From assembly GCA_019704295.1 (NCBI GenBank), contig AP024596.1, forward strand, positions 1,952,001 to 2,016,000: a DNA stretch of 64,000 bases, read 5' to 3'. The translations under genes and the position numbers were made by a program. The notes under the pieces were generated by a model. The model did not search any database. It saw only the letters and a list, made by a program, of their open reading frames with translations, and was not told where the DNA came from. Position 1 is the stretch's first letter, and each line of letters begins with the position of its first letter. Positions 33,504-44,301 of this stretch are shown in pieces. The stretch comes from Sulfolobales archaeon HS-7 (lineage in GTDB: Archaea; Thermoproteota; Thermoprotei_A; Sulfolobales; Sulfolobaceae).

Positions 33504-34244
33504 ATGTCCGAGTTAAAAATAGAAAATTTAACAGTTGAAGTTGAAGGAAAGGTAATTTTGCGTAATGTGAACCTATCTGTAAAGCAGGGTGAGATACACG
33601 CGCTTATGGGTCCTAACGGTTCTGGGAAAACCAGTCTCTCATTAGCCATAATGGGACATCAGAAGTACAAGATAAGAGAGGGCAGAATCCTACTAGACGG
33701 TGAGGATATAACAAACCTTGAGCCGAATGAAAAAGTGAAGAGGGGACTATTTTTGGCTTTTCAAAACCCCGTTGAGATTGATAGCATAAAGCTTTCTACC
33801 CTACTAGTAGCGGAGTACAATGCTTTTTATGGAGAACGAACGACACCACTAGAGGTTCTAAATTACGTGAAATCCTCGGTAAAAAACGTAGGATTAACCG
33901 AATCTATATTAAACCGAGGAGTATTCCAAGGATTTAGCGGCGGGGAAAAGAAGCGGATTGAAATGGCACAGATGCTTCTTCTTAAACCCAAGATATCCAT
34001 CCTTGATGAACCGGATTCTGGAGTAGATGTTGATGGCTTAAAAATTATAGCGGATGCGATAAACAAGCTAAAAGTTGAAAATAATACCGGATATATTATA
34101 ATTACCCACTATAGAAGAATTCTGGATTACGTTAATCCAGACTTAGTTCACGTTTTAAATAAAGGAACGGTTGTAGCGTCTGGAGGAAAAGAGCTTGCCA
34201 GACTAATAGATGAGAAAGGATACGAAGCAGTAATAAAGAACTAA
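33504..34244 (+). CDS. sufC: Fe-S assembly ATPase SufC
   Basis: MGPNGSGKT, FSGGEKKR, LDEPDSG. Confidence 0.95.
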   Translation: MSELKIENLTVEVEGKVILRNVNLSVKQGEIHALMGPNGSGKTSLSLAIMGHQKYKIREGRILLDGEDITNLEPNEKVKRGLFLAFQNPVEIDSIKLSTLLVAEYNAFYGERTTPLEVLNYVKSSVKNVGLTESILNRGVFQGFSGGEKKRIEMAQMLLLKPKISILDEPDSGVDVDGLKIIADAINKLKVENNTGYIIITHYRRILDYVNPDLVHVLNKGTVVASGGKELARLIDEKGYEAVIKN

Positions 34245-34311
34245 AGTATAATGTTTTTATAATCAACATGCTTAAAAGTTATCTTTAACATAGTTAAAGT
34301 AGTGATGCAGT

Positions 34312-35751
34312 GTGGAAGAGAAGCAGCTAGGCCTTGATCTCAAGGAAATAATTGAGGCGTCGTTAGACGCTAGAGATGAGAGAATTTCGTTACAGGAGTT
34401 CCATAGTAGAGTTGTTAATGCAGGTCTAAGAAGGGACGTAATAGAGGAGATATCGAGAACGAAAAGAGAACCTGAGTGGATGCTTAAGTTAAGGCTTAAA
34501 GGACTTGAACTTTTTGAAAAACTTCCTACCCCTAATTGGCTTCCTGACGTATTAGCCGGACTAGATATTTCATCGATGAACTTATACGTAAAGCCTAATA
34601 CGGGAACAGCCAGGAACTGGGATGAGGTTCCTAACGAAATAAGAAACTACTATGATGAGTTAGGGATAATAAAGTCTGAACAGGATTATCTAGCTGGATT
34701 AGTAGCTCAATTTGAATCAGAACCAATATATGAGAATGTCAAGAAGGAACTAGAGAAAAAGGGAGTAATAATGCTATCAATGGAAAGCGCAGTTCAAAAA
34801 TATCCAGATTTAGTTAAGGAGTATTACATGAGAATTTTCCCTCCATCGGATCATAAATTCGCCGCGTTGCACGCGGCTCTATCTAGTGGCGGAGTCTTTG
34901 TATATGTTCCTAAGAATGTGAGATTAGTAACGCCCATAGAGGGCTTCTTCGTAATAGGAACGCCTCAAGAAGCACAATTTGAACACACGTTAATAGTGGC
35001 AGATGAAAATTCTTCGATTCACTTTATAGAAGGTTGCAGTGCCCCTCGATTATCTAAGGATTCATTCCATGACGGGATGGTAGAGTTATATGCGAAAAGA
35101 AATGCTAGAATAAAGTTCACTACAATACAAAATTGGAGTAAAAACGTAATAAACTTTAATAACAAGAGGGCATGGGCTGACGAAAACGCGACAATTGAGT
35201 GGGTAGAAGGATCCTTAGGCGCGAAAGTAAGTTTAGTTTATCCATCTACAATTCTCAGAGGTGAAGGTGCAACCTCTACCAGTCTGGTTGTAACTATGGC
35301 AGGGAGTCCTGGAGATTGGAAAGATAGCGGTTCTAAGATGATCCATTCAGCGCCTAACACCAAATCTAAAGTAGTTAACAAGAATATAGGATTTAATGGA
35401 GGAGTTAACGTGTATAGAGGTCTAATAAGAGTGAATAAAGGGGCAACAGCAGCTAGGGCTTACGTTAAGTGTGACTCGTTAATGCTTGATGATATAACTA
35501 AGGCTTATACTTTTCCCCATAACGAGGTTATGGAGGAGGACGCAGACGTTGCGCACGAAGCACACACTTTAAGGATGAATGAAGAACAACTTTTCTATCT
35601 TAAGGTAAGAGGAATTGATGAAAAGGAAGCCACGTCTATGTTAGTACTAGGCTTTATTGATGATATCATGCGCGAGCTTCCGTTTGAGTACGCTACTATG
35701 TTAAATCAAGTGATAAAATTGGAACTAGAAAAATTAGGCGCTGTGGCTTAA
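34312..35751 (+). CDS. sufB: Fe-S assembly protein SufB
   Basis: QFEHTLI, EGCSAP, KCDSLML, VAHEA. Confidence 0.95.
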   Translation: MEEKQLGLDLKEIIEASLDARDERISLQEFHSRVVNAGLRRDVIEEISRTKREPEWMLKLRLKGLELFEKLPTPNWLPDVLAGLDISSMNLYVKPNTGTARNWDEVPNEIRNYYDELGIIKSEQDYLAGLVAQFESEPIYENVKKELEKKGVIMLSMESAVQKYPDLVKEYYMRIFPPSDHKFAALHAALSSGGVFVYVPKNVRLVTPIEGFFVIGTPQEAQFEHTLIVADENSSIHFIEGCSAPRLSKDSFHDGMVELYAKRNARIKFTTIQNWSKNVINFNNKRAWADENATIEWVEGSLGAKVSLVYPSTILRGEGATSTSLVVTMAGSPGDWKDSGSKMIHSAPNTKSKVVNKNIGFNGGVNVYRGLIRVNKGATAARAYVKCDSLMLDDITKAYTFPHNEVMEEDADVAHEAHTLRMNEEQLFYLKVRGIDEKEATSMLVLGFIDDIMRELPFEYATMLNQVIKLELEKLGAVA

Positions 35752-35762
35752 AGGGGTTTTTT

Positions 35763-36902
35763 TTGGGAGTAATAGGAAAGGATTACTTTCTAGAAGGGGT
35801 AAAGAGATTCAAAACTAAAGACCAGCGATTTAAGCTATATGAGCTCTTTGAAAGAGTTCCATACCAGCTAATAAACGATAGTCCGACGACTAAACATTAC
35901 ACCGACTGGACACTATATGATAAGGCAGATCTTCACTTATTACCTTCTAGTGCAGAGGAGGTTAAGATAGGATACGAGAACGCTTACAGCAATGTTATAC
36001 GTATAGTAAATGGCAGTGTAAGTGGGAATATACCTTATTTTGACGAACCTGATAATGCTTTTTTAAATGAACCATCTAAATTGGATTACTTAACACTGGC
36101 GTCGGCATATAAGATTAGAGTAACTAAACCAGGTATATACGCTATTTATAACATAAATAAAGAGAATAAGCTCTTATCCCCAATTAATGTAGAGCTTTCG
36201 CTGGAAAGTGGAAAAGCCGAAATAGTTTATATTAGTGATAGTGCTGGAGGCATGAATTCGGCTATAATAGGGGGAGAAGTAGGAAAAGGTGCAGAACTTG
36301 ATGTAAGGATAGTTATCTCGGGAAACAACGGATTAGACTATCTAAGAAATAACCTGTTAATATATGGAAAATCGAATTTCAATATTTTTTCTACTGGAAC
36401 AAGGATGTCACATGTAAAATGTTCGTTCTTTCTATACGATTGGGGAACTTCAAATTTTAGCGCTAGGGCTTTTAGTATAGAGGATAATAAGATTGACATA
36501 AGTATTGATACCACACATCTGGGGATCAACAGTCAAAGTAACGGCCTACTGAAGGGTGCGTCTGCGGAAAGAGGCTATACTTCAATAAGAGGAATTGCAT
36601 CAATAACAGAGAAGGCCTTTGACTCCTCGACTTCAATTATAGGTCGTTCACTAATTCTCCATAACTCGGCAAAAGCCGTGGTAACCCCTATGCTTGAGGT
36701 GAAAACAGGGCGAGTAAGAGAAGCTAGACACTCCGCCTCAATATCTAGAGTAAATGACGAATACATCTTTTATCTTCAGAATAGGGGCTTCGCAAAGCAT
36801 TATGCTGAAAGTCTTATAATTAGAGGATTCCTGATCGAGGATGCTGACATTGAAGAAGTGAAGCAGATAATTATGGAATCACTTACTAAAATAGGTTATT
36901 AA
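35763..36902 (+). CDS. sufD: Fe-S assembly protein SufD
   Basis: PMLEV...ARHSAS...FYLQNRG; follows sufB. Confidence 0.88.
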   Translation: MGVIGKDYFLEGVKRFKTKDQRFKLYELFERVPYQLINDSPTTKHYTDWTLYDKADLHLLPSSAEEVKIGYENAYSNVIRIVNGSVSGNIPYFDEPDNAFLNEPSKLDYLTLASAYKIRVTKPGIYAIYNINKENKLLSPINVELSLESGKAEIVYISDSAGGMNSAIIGGEVGKGAELDVRIVISGNNGLDYLRNNLLIYGKSNFNIFSTGTRMSHVKCSFFLYDWGTSNFSARAFSIEDNKIDISIDTTHLGINSQSNGLLKGASAERGYTSIRGIASITEKAFDSSTSIIGRSLILHNSAKAVVTPMLEVKTGRVREARHSASISRVNDEYIFYLQNRGFAKHYAESLIIRGFLIEDADIEEVKQIIMESLTKIGY

Positions 36903-36980
36903 TAATAAGTCCATTTATTTATACGTATATGTGAAAAATATTAGTAAAATCTTAAAAGGATGATCAACAAAATAATTCTC

Positions 36981-37054
36981 GCCGCTGTAGCTCAGCTCGG
37001 TAGAGCGCCGGCCTTGTAAGCCGGTGGTCGTGGGTTCAAACCCCACCGGCGGCT
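36981..37054 (+). tRNA. tRNA-Thr (TGT)
   Basis: Cloverleaf GCCGCTG...CCGGCGGC; anticodon arm CCGGC-CTTGTAA-GCCGG; GGTTCAAAC. Confidence 0.96.
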
Positions 37055-37105
37055 TATAATTATGTATGACAAAACATAATTATTACTCAAGCAACAACTT
37101 TAGCC

Positions 37106-37867
37106 ATGGAGTCCATAATACTCTTCTCATTAATAGTAGTTATATTACTTATATTGCCTGTTGCGATAATAGTGTTTTACGGGTTCGCCGTATATCATTC
37201 TGTGTCAGCCTTTAGTAAAATGGTATATCGTTCTATCTCGCTTACTCTGGCTAGTTCGTTTTTAACCGGCGTTATAACTGTGGTTTTATTCACGCCACTG
37301 GCCTATTTCCTCTCAAGAACAAAAAGCTTCGCGTTGGATACTTTAGTAGACTTACCAGTATCTGTTCCTCATCCGATAATAGGTATAGGACTCCTTTTAC
37401 TCGACAGTCCAGTGACGCCTATTGGTAGATTTTTGCTTTCAATAGGTATCAATTTCTTTGACACATTGACTGGTCTTATCGCTGCACTAATACTCGTCTC
37501 TGCTCCAATATACATAAGGAGTATCCAGACGTATTTTGAAGGCATTAACATAGATAGAGAAATATACGCGATGGGTTTAGGTCTTTCTAAATTTAAAATA
37601 CTTTGGAAAATTATAGTACCAACTTCAATTCGTCAAATAGTTAGTTCGTGCTTAATATCGGTTGGAAGGGCCATGAGCGAGTTTGGATCTATTGCTATTG
37701 TTGCGTTTTACATAATTTCACCACCATTTAAAGGTACCGAACCTGCTTCAATATTAATCTATGAAGATTACGGGTATTATGGTCCTGAAATAGCGGTAAC
37801 GATCTCCGCATTACTTATCATCGTAGCAATTCCGATAATGATTACAGCGAGAATAATAACCAGGTGA
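37106..37867 (+). CDS. ABC transporter permease (molybdate/tungstate/sulfate type)
   Basis: DLPVSVPH, RAMSEFG; multiple TM segments. Confidence 0.85.
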   Translation: MESIILFSLIVVILLILPVAIIVFYGFAVYHSVSAFSKMVYRSISLTLASSFLTGVITVVLFTPLAYFLSRTKSFALDTLVDLPVSVPHPIIGIGLLLLDSPVTPIGRFLLSIGINFFDTLTGLIAALILVSAPIYIRSIQTYFEGINIDREIYAMGLGLSKFKILWKIIVPTSIRQIVSSCLISVGRAMSEFGSIAIVAFYIISPPFKGTEPASILIYEDYGYYGPEIAVTISALLIIVAIPIMITARIITR

Positions 37868-38118
37868 CTTACTTCTTCATATCTAAGCAGATATTCAAGC
37901 TTAGAACCTTTATAATCATGTCTGTATTCTATAAGAGTCTTAAGTGTAGTGCAAGGATGGGAGATTTAGGCTAGCTAAGCGAAAAGGACTTCTATGTGAA
38001 AAGCGTTTCGTTAGGAATACCTTAAGCTTAAATCCGACTCTTCCTCTTCATACTTTGGTATCCCCCACGCAATTAGTGGGCTTAGTTTTTTTATATTTTT
38101 ACCCAACTAGTAATTAGG

Positions 38119-38212
<94 letters not shown>

Positions 38213-38319
38213 TTAAATATTAATTGATTCGAGGTTAGCTAATTATAAATCAGGGTATACTCTTCTCTAGCGTTTATTTACGATTTAATTTAAATATTTC
38301 CCTTGTCTCATTCTACATT

Positions 38320-39030
38320 ATGCGATTTACGGTCGTCATTTCAATAATTCTAGTAATAATTGCTACATTAGGTGGATTATTCTTAGCTGAAGATTTAAGT
38401 ATAAAAGTAACGATATCGCCGATAGGCTACTTATACTACTTTACTCAACCGCCATATCTTATTTTTAACGTTAGTATTGTAAACGGTTTATTACCTTTCG
38501 GTGGTACCATAAATATATGCTCCTTTCAGTTTTACAAGGTAGTAAATACTACTACGTTTCATATATCATCTTATTCAAAATATCATACCATAGTATGGAT
38601 AAAGTATCCTAAGTTTGTGTACTCATATATTACAACTCTTATAAAGGCGAGAGGTACAGGGATGTATAGTTGGTCTTATAATAGCGTTCCAATAACTGTA
38701 TCATACGGTCCTATACCTACGTTTTCAGTAATTTCCTCTCCGTCTAACCCTGCTGTTTCTCCAATCTTACAACAATTAGGAATAATGAATAAATCGTCTC
38801 TAATTACGTTAATAGTCTCACTTCAAATCAATAATTATACGTATTATGCAACTCATAATTATCGAATGGCGGTTTATGTAAAAACTCCTGAATTAACTCA
38901 AGTTTTCTCATCATCAGTCAGTAATATGAAAAGTAACAGCGTGTTATTTTTACCGAATAGTTCAGTAGTAATAGTATCTTTGATAGGAAGCAATACGTTT
39001 AATTCTACGTATTACATTTCTTTCGTTTAA
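38320..39030 (+). CDS. Putative exported/membrane-anchored protein
   Basis: N-terminal hydrophobic helix; S/T/Y/N-rich with several N-x-S/T sequons. Confidence 0.7.
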   Translation: MRFTVVISIILVIIATLGGLFLAEDLSIKVTISPIGYLYYFTQPPYLIFNVSIVNGLLPFGGTINICSFQFYKVVNTTTFHISSYSKYHTIVWIKYPKFVYSYITTLIKARGTGMYSWSYNSVPITVSYGPIPTFSVISSPSNPAVSPILQQLGIMNKSSLITLIVSLQINNYTYYATHNYRMAVYVKTPELTQVFSSSVSNMKSNSVLFLPNSSVVIVSLIGSNTFNSTYYISFV

Positions 39031-39092
39031 CTGTCTCTCTATGGATCAAAAGTATAGTTTCATATATATTTTTCAAATGGTAAGTCTTACTT

Positions 39093-39224
39093 ATGCGAAC
39101 ATTAAGCGTTAAGTTGTCAGAAGAATTAGCTGAAAAGCTAGACGTATACGTTATGAATAAAGGTATAAGTAGGAGTTCTGCAATAAGAGATGCTATACTT
39201 CAATATATTAAGGAGGGCAGTTAA
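39093..39224 (+). CDS. Ribbon-helix-helix (CopG-type) protein, 43 aa
   Basis: Not in the ORF track: MRTLSVKLSEELAEKLDVYVMNKGISRSSAIRDAILQYIKEGS*. Confidence 0.8.
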   Translation: MRTLSVKLSEELAEKLDVYVMNKGISRSSAIRDAILQYIKEGS

Positions 39225-39232
39225 GAGTTTCT

Positions 39233-39574
39233 ATGAGACTCTCCGATATCATAAAGGATCAAAAGTATAAGACTATACTATATTACGCGGAGACTGAGGC
39301 TGAACTTCTTGGGAGTAAATTTGTAATAATCGGTGCGTTAGATACTGAGTTTATCGTTAGGCTCAATCCGTACACCTCGGAAATAGAGAAAGTATACGAG
39401 AGGCGGCCTTTATCTGATAATCAAAAAGCTAGTAAGGGGAAGATAATAACTACAATAGTTAATGGAAACGAGATGTGGGCTATATATGAACTCGACACTT
39501 TGCCAGATATACCTGGAGAACTCATTAAGTACGTAATGGTGGATAAGGGTGAGCTTGAGGAAATTCTCGATTAA
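39233..39574 (+). CDS. Hypothetical protein
   Basis: 113 aa, tightly coupled between the RHH gene and the helicase. Confidence 0.7.
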   Translation: MRLSDIIKDQKYKTILYYAETEAELLGSKFVIIGALDTEFIVRLNPYTSEIEKVYERRPLSDNQKASKGKIITTIVNGNEMWAIYELDTLPDIPGELIKYVMVDKGELEEILD

Positions 39575-41162
39575 TGATCGAGTTTCTGACGCTCTTATTA
39601 GCGATATCATGAAATTTTCCAGGTATTTAGGGAGAGAACTGAGGAAGAAAATCTTCGTCATAGATACTGCGAAAGCAAAACAAAATCAAGTAAGCGCAGA
39701 ACATATCAAGGGTATACTAGCAAGGGTCGGCATTACAATACCAGAGAAAGTTTTTAATGAAATGAAAGATGAGATTGAGGGGAATTTTAATGCATTAGTA
39801 TGGAGCAAGGGAAATCACATTATCATAAAACCATATGCAGATCTATCTGCTGTCATATACACACTAAACGAATTATGTAAACATAACATGTTATTAGATA
39901 TATATATATGTGATAATTTCAGATATAGTGATTTAATCGAGTTATTTAAACAAAAAAATATACATATAAGTAACAAAATTCGATTACGTTTACATACGTT
40001 AGATGCTCATTTTTTAGGAAACTTAAGAGAATATCAAATTCAAGCCTTAGAACGCTGGAAGGCTAACGGTTCAAGGGGCGTAATATCTTTGCCAACGGGA
40101 ACGGGTAAAACCATAATAGGGGCTGCAGCTATTAGCGAACTGAATATACCTACTGTTATTATTGGTTATACTTTAGAGCAACTTAGACAATGGGAGAATT
40201 TGCTCAGGCAACATCTAGGAGGTCAGTATGTTTTCGGATATCTTTACGGGAGAAGCAAAACCTTAGGCGATATTGTTTTAGCGACATATCAAAGCGCATT
40301 TAGGAACTTTATGCTTCTAAAAGATTATCCCTTTCTTATCGTTGACGAAGTTCATCATTTGCCGGCGGAGAAGTTTCGATTCATAGCCACAAACGCCCTT
40401 GCTCCATTTAGATTAGGACTGTCTGCAACGCCCTTCAGAGATGATGGAATGCATACATTTCTTTTTGAGATAATGGGTGGTTTAGTATATTATAAAGATC
40501 CAGAAGAACTTAAGGATTATTTAGCTCATTACGAGAGTAAAACAATCAAGATTTCACTAACCGAAGAAGAACGTATTCGTTATCTAGCCCTTCTAAAGGA
40601 GATTAGAGAAGCAAGTAAGGGCAGGACTCTGGGAAAATTACTTCAAGATGCAAGGAAAAAAGACCCTTCTGCCATTTACGCTTTAAAAATTAGTACAGAA
40701 ATCAGGGAATTCGTAGGTTTGGTTAGAAAAAAACAGGACCTATGCAAGCTCATACTTCAGGAGGAATTGGAAAGAGGTAGTAAAGTAATCATATTTACTC
40801 AATACGTTGACCATGCAAGAAGATTATCCGAACTTTTAAACGTGGATTATATAACTGGCAAAACGTCACGAAAAGAAAGGGAAAAAAGGCTAGAGAAGTT
40901 CAGACAGGCTAAGAGCGCAGGAATTATACTTACAACTATTGGAGATGAAGGACTTGATATACCTGACGTAAATGTAGGAATAATTGTTTCAGGAACTAGT
41001 TCTAAGAGGCAGTATGTTCAGCGACTTGGACGAGTAATCAGGAAAAATGGAGATAAAAGAGCGATATTATACGAACTTATAGCTAAAGGGACGTTCGAAG
41101 AATATCAGGCTAAAAAAAGAAAAAGGGTCTCTCTAGACGAAATGTTTTACTTCGGAGATTAA
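39549..41162 (+). CDS. xpb: XPB/Rad25-family SF2 DNA helicase
   Basis: LREYQ, LPTGTGKT, DEVHH, GLSATP, EGLDIP, QRLGRVIR. Confidence 0.9.
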   Translation: MSLRKFSINDRVSDALISDIMKFSRYLGRELRKKIFVIDTAKAKQNQVSAEHIKGILARVGITIPEKVFNEMKDEIEGNFNALVWSKGNHIIIKPYADLSAVIYTLNELCKHNMLLDIYICDNFRYSDLIELFKQKNIHISNKIRLRLHTLDAHFLGNLREYQIQALERWKANGSRGVISLPTGTGKTIIGAAAISELNIPTVIIGYTLEQLRQWENLLRQHLGGQYVFGYLYGRSKTLGDIVLATYQSAFRNFMLLKDYPFLIVDEVHHLPAEKFRFIATNALAPFRLGLSATPFRDDGMHTFLFEIMGGLVYYKDPEELKDYLAHYESKTIKISLTEEERIRYLALLKEIREASKGRTLGKLLQDARKKDPSAIYALKISTEIREFVGLVRKKQDLCKLILQEELERGSKVIIFTQYVDHARRLSELLNVDYITGKTSRKEREKRLEKFRQAKSAGIILTTIGDEGLDIPDVNVGIIVSGTSSKRQYVQRLGRVIRKNGDKRAILYELIAKGTFEEYQAKKRKRVSLDEMFYFGD

Positions 41163-41254
41163 GTATGTATTAATATCATAACAGTATCCGTTAAATATCG
41201 ATTCGAAAGTTTTTTATAGAAGTGTTCCTAGATGTTTTTAGACGGTGATTTGGA

Positions 41255-42940
41255 ATGTCGGCTGGTGGAATACCTGTTCTCCTTCTTAAAGAGGGTACAT
41301 CAAGAAACACAGGAAGGGATGCAATAAAGAATAACATAGTAGCTGCATCTACATTAGCTGAAATGTTAAGAACAAGTCTAGGTCCAAAAGGATTAGACAA
41401 GATGTTAATTGATAGTTTTGGAGATGTAACAATTACTAATGACGGTGCAACAATAGTAAAAGAGATGGAAATCCAACATCCTGCAGCTAAGCTCCTGGTG
41501 GAAACAGCCAAGGCTACAGACGCAGAAGTTGGAGACGGTACTACAACTTCCGTAGTATTAGCGGGGTTACTTCTTCAGAAAGCAGAGTCTTTATTGGATC
41601 AGAATATACACCCAACAATAATTATAGAAGGCTACAAGAAAGCTCAAGCTAAATCCCTAGAGCTTTTAAGGCAAATAGCAACAAAAGTTGATATATCTGA
41701 TCTAAATTCGCCAACTACTAGGGTAGAGTTAAAGAAGGTACTTTACACTACAATGGCAAGTAAGTTTATGGCAGGGGAAGGAGTATCGTTTGATAAGTTA
41801 ATGGACATTATGGTTGATGCTGTAGTTACTGTCGCAGATCCTATGCCAACTGGAGGATTTAATGTAAGTCTGGATAATGTAAAGATTGACAAGAAAAAAG
41901 GCGGTACAATAGAAGATTCCATGCTAATTCATGGGTTGGTATTAGATAAGGAAGTAGTTCATCCTGGAATGCCGAGGAGAGTGGAAAAAGCTAAAATAGC
42001 GGTTTTGGACGCTGCTTTAGAGGTCGAAAAGCCCGAAATCAGTGCAAAAATCAGTATAACAAGTCCTGAGCAAATAAAGGCGTTCCTGGATGAGGAGGCT
42101 AACTACCTCAAGAAGATGGTAGATAAATTAGCCTCAATAGGGGCAAATGTTGTTGTTTGCCAGAAGGGAATCGACGATGTCGCGCAACACTTTCTCGCAA
42201 AGAAGGGGATTCTTGCCGTTAGAAGAGTTAAGAGAAGCGATATCGAGAAACTAGAAAGAGCATTAGGCGCTAAGATAATAAGCAGCATTGAAAACGCTAC
42301 TGCTGAGGATCTAGGTTATGCAGAATTGGTCGAGGAAAGAAAGGTGGGCAATGACAAGATGGTGTTTATCGAAGGAGCAAAGAATCCGAAGGCAGTTAAC
42401 ATTTTAATTAGGGGATCTAACGACATGGCACTTGATGAGGCTGAGAGGAGTATAAATGACGGACTCCACTCACTGAGAAACATATTAAGAGATCCATATA
42501 CATTGCCTGGAGGAGGTGCGACTGAGGTCGAACTTGCCACCAGATTAAGAGAGTACGCGAAATCCGTTGGCGGAAAGGAACAACTTGCTATAGAGGCCTA
42601 TGCAGACGCTCTGGAGGAGATAGCGAACGTTCTTATCGAAACTGCAGGTCTCGACTCTATCTCAACTTTGATGGAGCTTAGGAGCAAGCATGCTTCAGGT
42701 CACGTTAATGCAGGTGTAGATGTGATAAACGGGAAGATAATGGACGATATGTATAAGATAAATGTTGTCGATGCGATAAGGGTTAAGGAACAAGTAATAA
42801 AGGGTGCTACAGAAGCGGCTACTGCTATAATGAAAATTGACGATATAATTGCAGCGGCTCCTCCAAAAGCAGGCGAAAAGAAAGGAGGTAGCGAAGGTCC
42901 TGAAGGAATGCCCGGCGCAGGAATGGGAGGACTAGACTAA
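41255..42940 (+). CDS. thsA: Thermosome subunit (alpha type)
   Basis: [23 protein letters not shown]. Confidence 0.94.
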   Translation: MSAGGIPVLLLKEGTSRNTGRDAIKNNIVAASTLAEMLRTSLGPKGLDKMLIDSFGDVTITNDGATIVKEMEIQHPAAKLLVETAKATDAEVGDGTTTSVVLAGLLLQKAESLLDQNIHPTIIIEGYKKAQAKSLELLRQIATKVDISDLNSPTTRVELKKVLYTTMASKFMAGEGVSFDKLMDIMVDAVVTVADPMPTGGFNVSLDNVKIDKKKGGTIEDSMLIHGLVLDKEVVHPGMPRRVEKAKIAVLDAALEVEKPEISAKISITSPEQIKAFLDEEANYLKKMVDKLASIGANVVVCQKGIDDVAQHFLAKKGILAVRRVKRSDIEKLERALGAKIISSIENATAEDLGYAELVEERKVGNDKMVFIEGAKNPKAVNILIRGSNDMALDEAERSINDGLHSLRNILRDPYTLPGGGATEVELATRLREYAKSVGGKEQLAIEAYADALEEIANVLIETAGLDSISTLMELRSKHASGHVNAGVDVINGKIMDDMYKINVVDAIRVKEQVIKGATEAATAIMKIDDIIAAAPPKAGEKKGGSEGPEGMPGAGMGGLD

Positions 42941-42959
42941 TAATATACTTTTTTACTTT

Positions 42960-43313
42960 TTATTGTATTAATATTCTACTATTTCCCATAGTTTCGTTAT
43001 ATTCGTCAAATCCTTTAAGTTCCTCTTTCAATTTCCTTGCAGTGGAAACTATTTCAGGATCGGAATAAGATTCTTCAATAGCGTCTAATAGTTTTGTAGC
43101 AGTGTCCGTACCTATTACTAATACTAATTCTATGAAGTCAGGACTATTCAGGTACTCTATTAAATTTTTTGGATTACCACCAAAAGAGGAAAATTTATAC
43201 TTACTTTCAGCTTTGCTTAATAGCTTCCTTGCCTCATCTATTTTCTTTTGATCAAGTGCACTAGGTTTGAGGACTCTAGTTACTATATGACGGAGGAAAT
43301 CCAGTTGTGACAA
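42960..43313 (-). CDS. Hypothetical protein
   Basis: 117-aa ORF with GGAG RBS upstream. Confidence 0.7.
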   Translation of the reverse strand: MSQLDFLRHIVTRVLKPSALDQKKIDEARKLLSKAESKYKFSSFGGNPKNLIEYLNSPDFIELVLVIGTDTATKLLDAIEESYSDPEIVSTARKLKEELKGFDEYNETMGNSRILIQ

Positions 43314-43507
43314 TTTTACTCCTAATTAAGGATAACAGGAACGGAGTTATTTAAGCAGATCGCTAAATTAGACATGTTATACTATTATGAGGAAAACGGC
43401 TCTTTCATAAACATACGCCCATTGCTTGGGGGGTTTTGAAATAGTCCTAATGAAAATGAAATTTTTCTAATTGTTTTACCGCGGTGAGGCTTCAGATAAT
43501 GAAGGGT

Positions 43508-43570
43508 GGTTGTTCACATGTCCATTGTGAATTCACTTTATTTTATTAGTTTGAAATCAACCAATTCATT
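43508..43570 (+). repeat. Truncated left end of repeat family A
   Basis: GGTTGTTCACATGTCCATTGTGAATTCACTTTATTT matches the family A left end. Confidence 0.5.
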
Positions 43571-43616
43571 ATGAACTCGATAATACTGAATTATGGACGA
43601 GTAGAGATATAATACT

Positions 43617-44100
43617 ATGGAACAAATTGAGGTAACAACCCTTACGGAATATGATATTACGTTCCAGCTTGCGCCACCTTCTAGAGGAGGCATTGTTAAA
43701 CAACTCATTCGAGGAGAGAGGAAAGCTCTTGAGGAGATGATTCAAAGGAGTGGGAAGAAGGTTAAGAGGAAAGGGTACTCCGGGTACCGCATTTCTTAAG
43801 GCCTTCATGATCTTGATGAAGGGTGGGAGAAAGGTCTATGGGCTCTTCTACGTCAACATGAAACTACTTGTCTTGTATAAGGAGGGTAAGAGGGTTAAAA
43901 TGCGTATAGAGTCGCTATATACTTCGCCTCTAATATAGCTATGGGAACAGTGGGTCCAGAAACACACATAAACGTAGCAATCCTTGACGTTCTTACCCTT
44001 GGACAACTTGGACCTCTTCACGACTAAACTCTGGTAGGGACTCACTATCCTCACCTCCTCTGCTTCATGTTTCCCCCGTCGAAGAAGTACCATCAAAGGA
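43617..44100. pseudogene. Degenerate transposase-like fragments
   Basis: Short frameshifted ORFs on both strands, codon usage like the IS at 51 kb, flanked by repeat remnants; family not identifiable. Confidence 0.35.
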
Positions 44101-44120
44101 AACTTTCCTTAATTTTACGC

Positions 44121-44294
44121 AATTAGCGTTAACTGGTGCAAAACGGTATAATTTGAATTGAAAGCTTCAATTGCTTGCTACTTAATATTCTAGAGCTCCC
44201 AGATTTCACGAAATTTATATCATAAGAAGTGAAGAAAGTATGTGAAAACTTTTTAGAACTAAATTAATTTCAAAATTCTAACTTAACTCTAATT
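44121..44294 (+). mobile_element. MITE-like repeat family D (~174 bp)
   Basis: TIR AATTAGCGTTAACT / ACTTAACTCTAATT (12/14); related segment at 6178-6256. Confidence 0.45.
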
Positions 44295-44301
44295 AGTAAC
44301 T

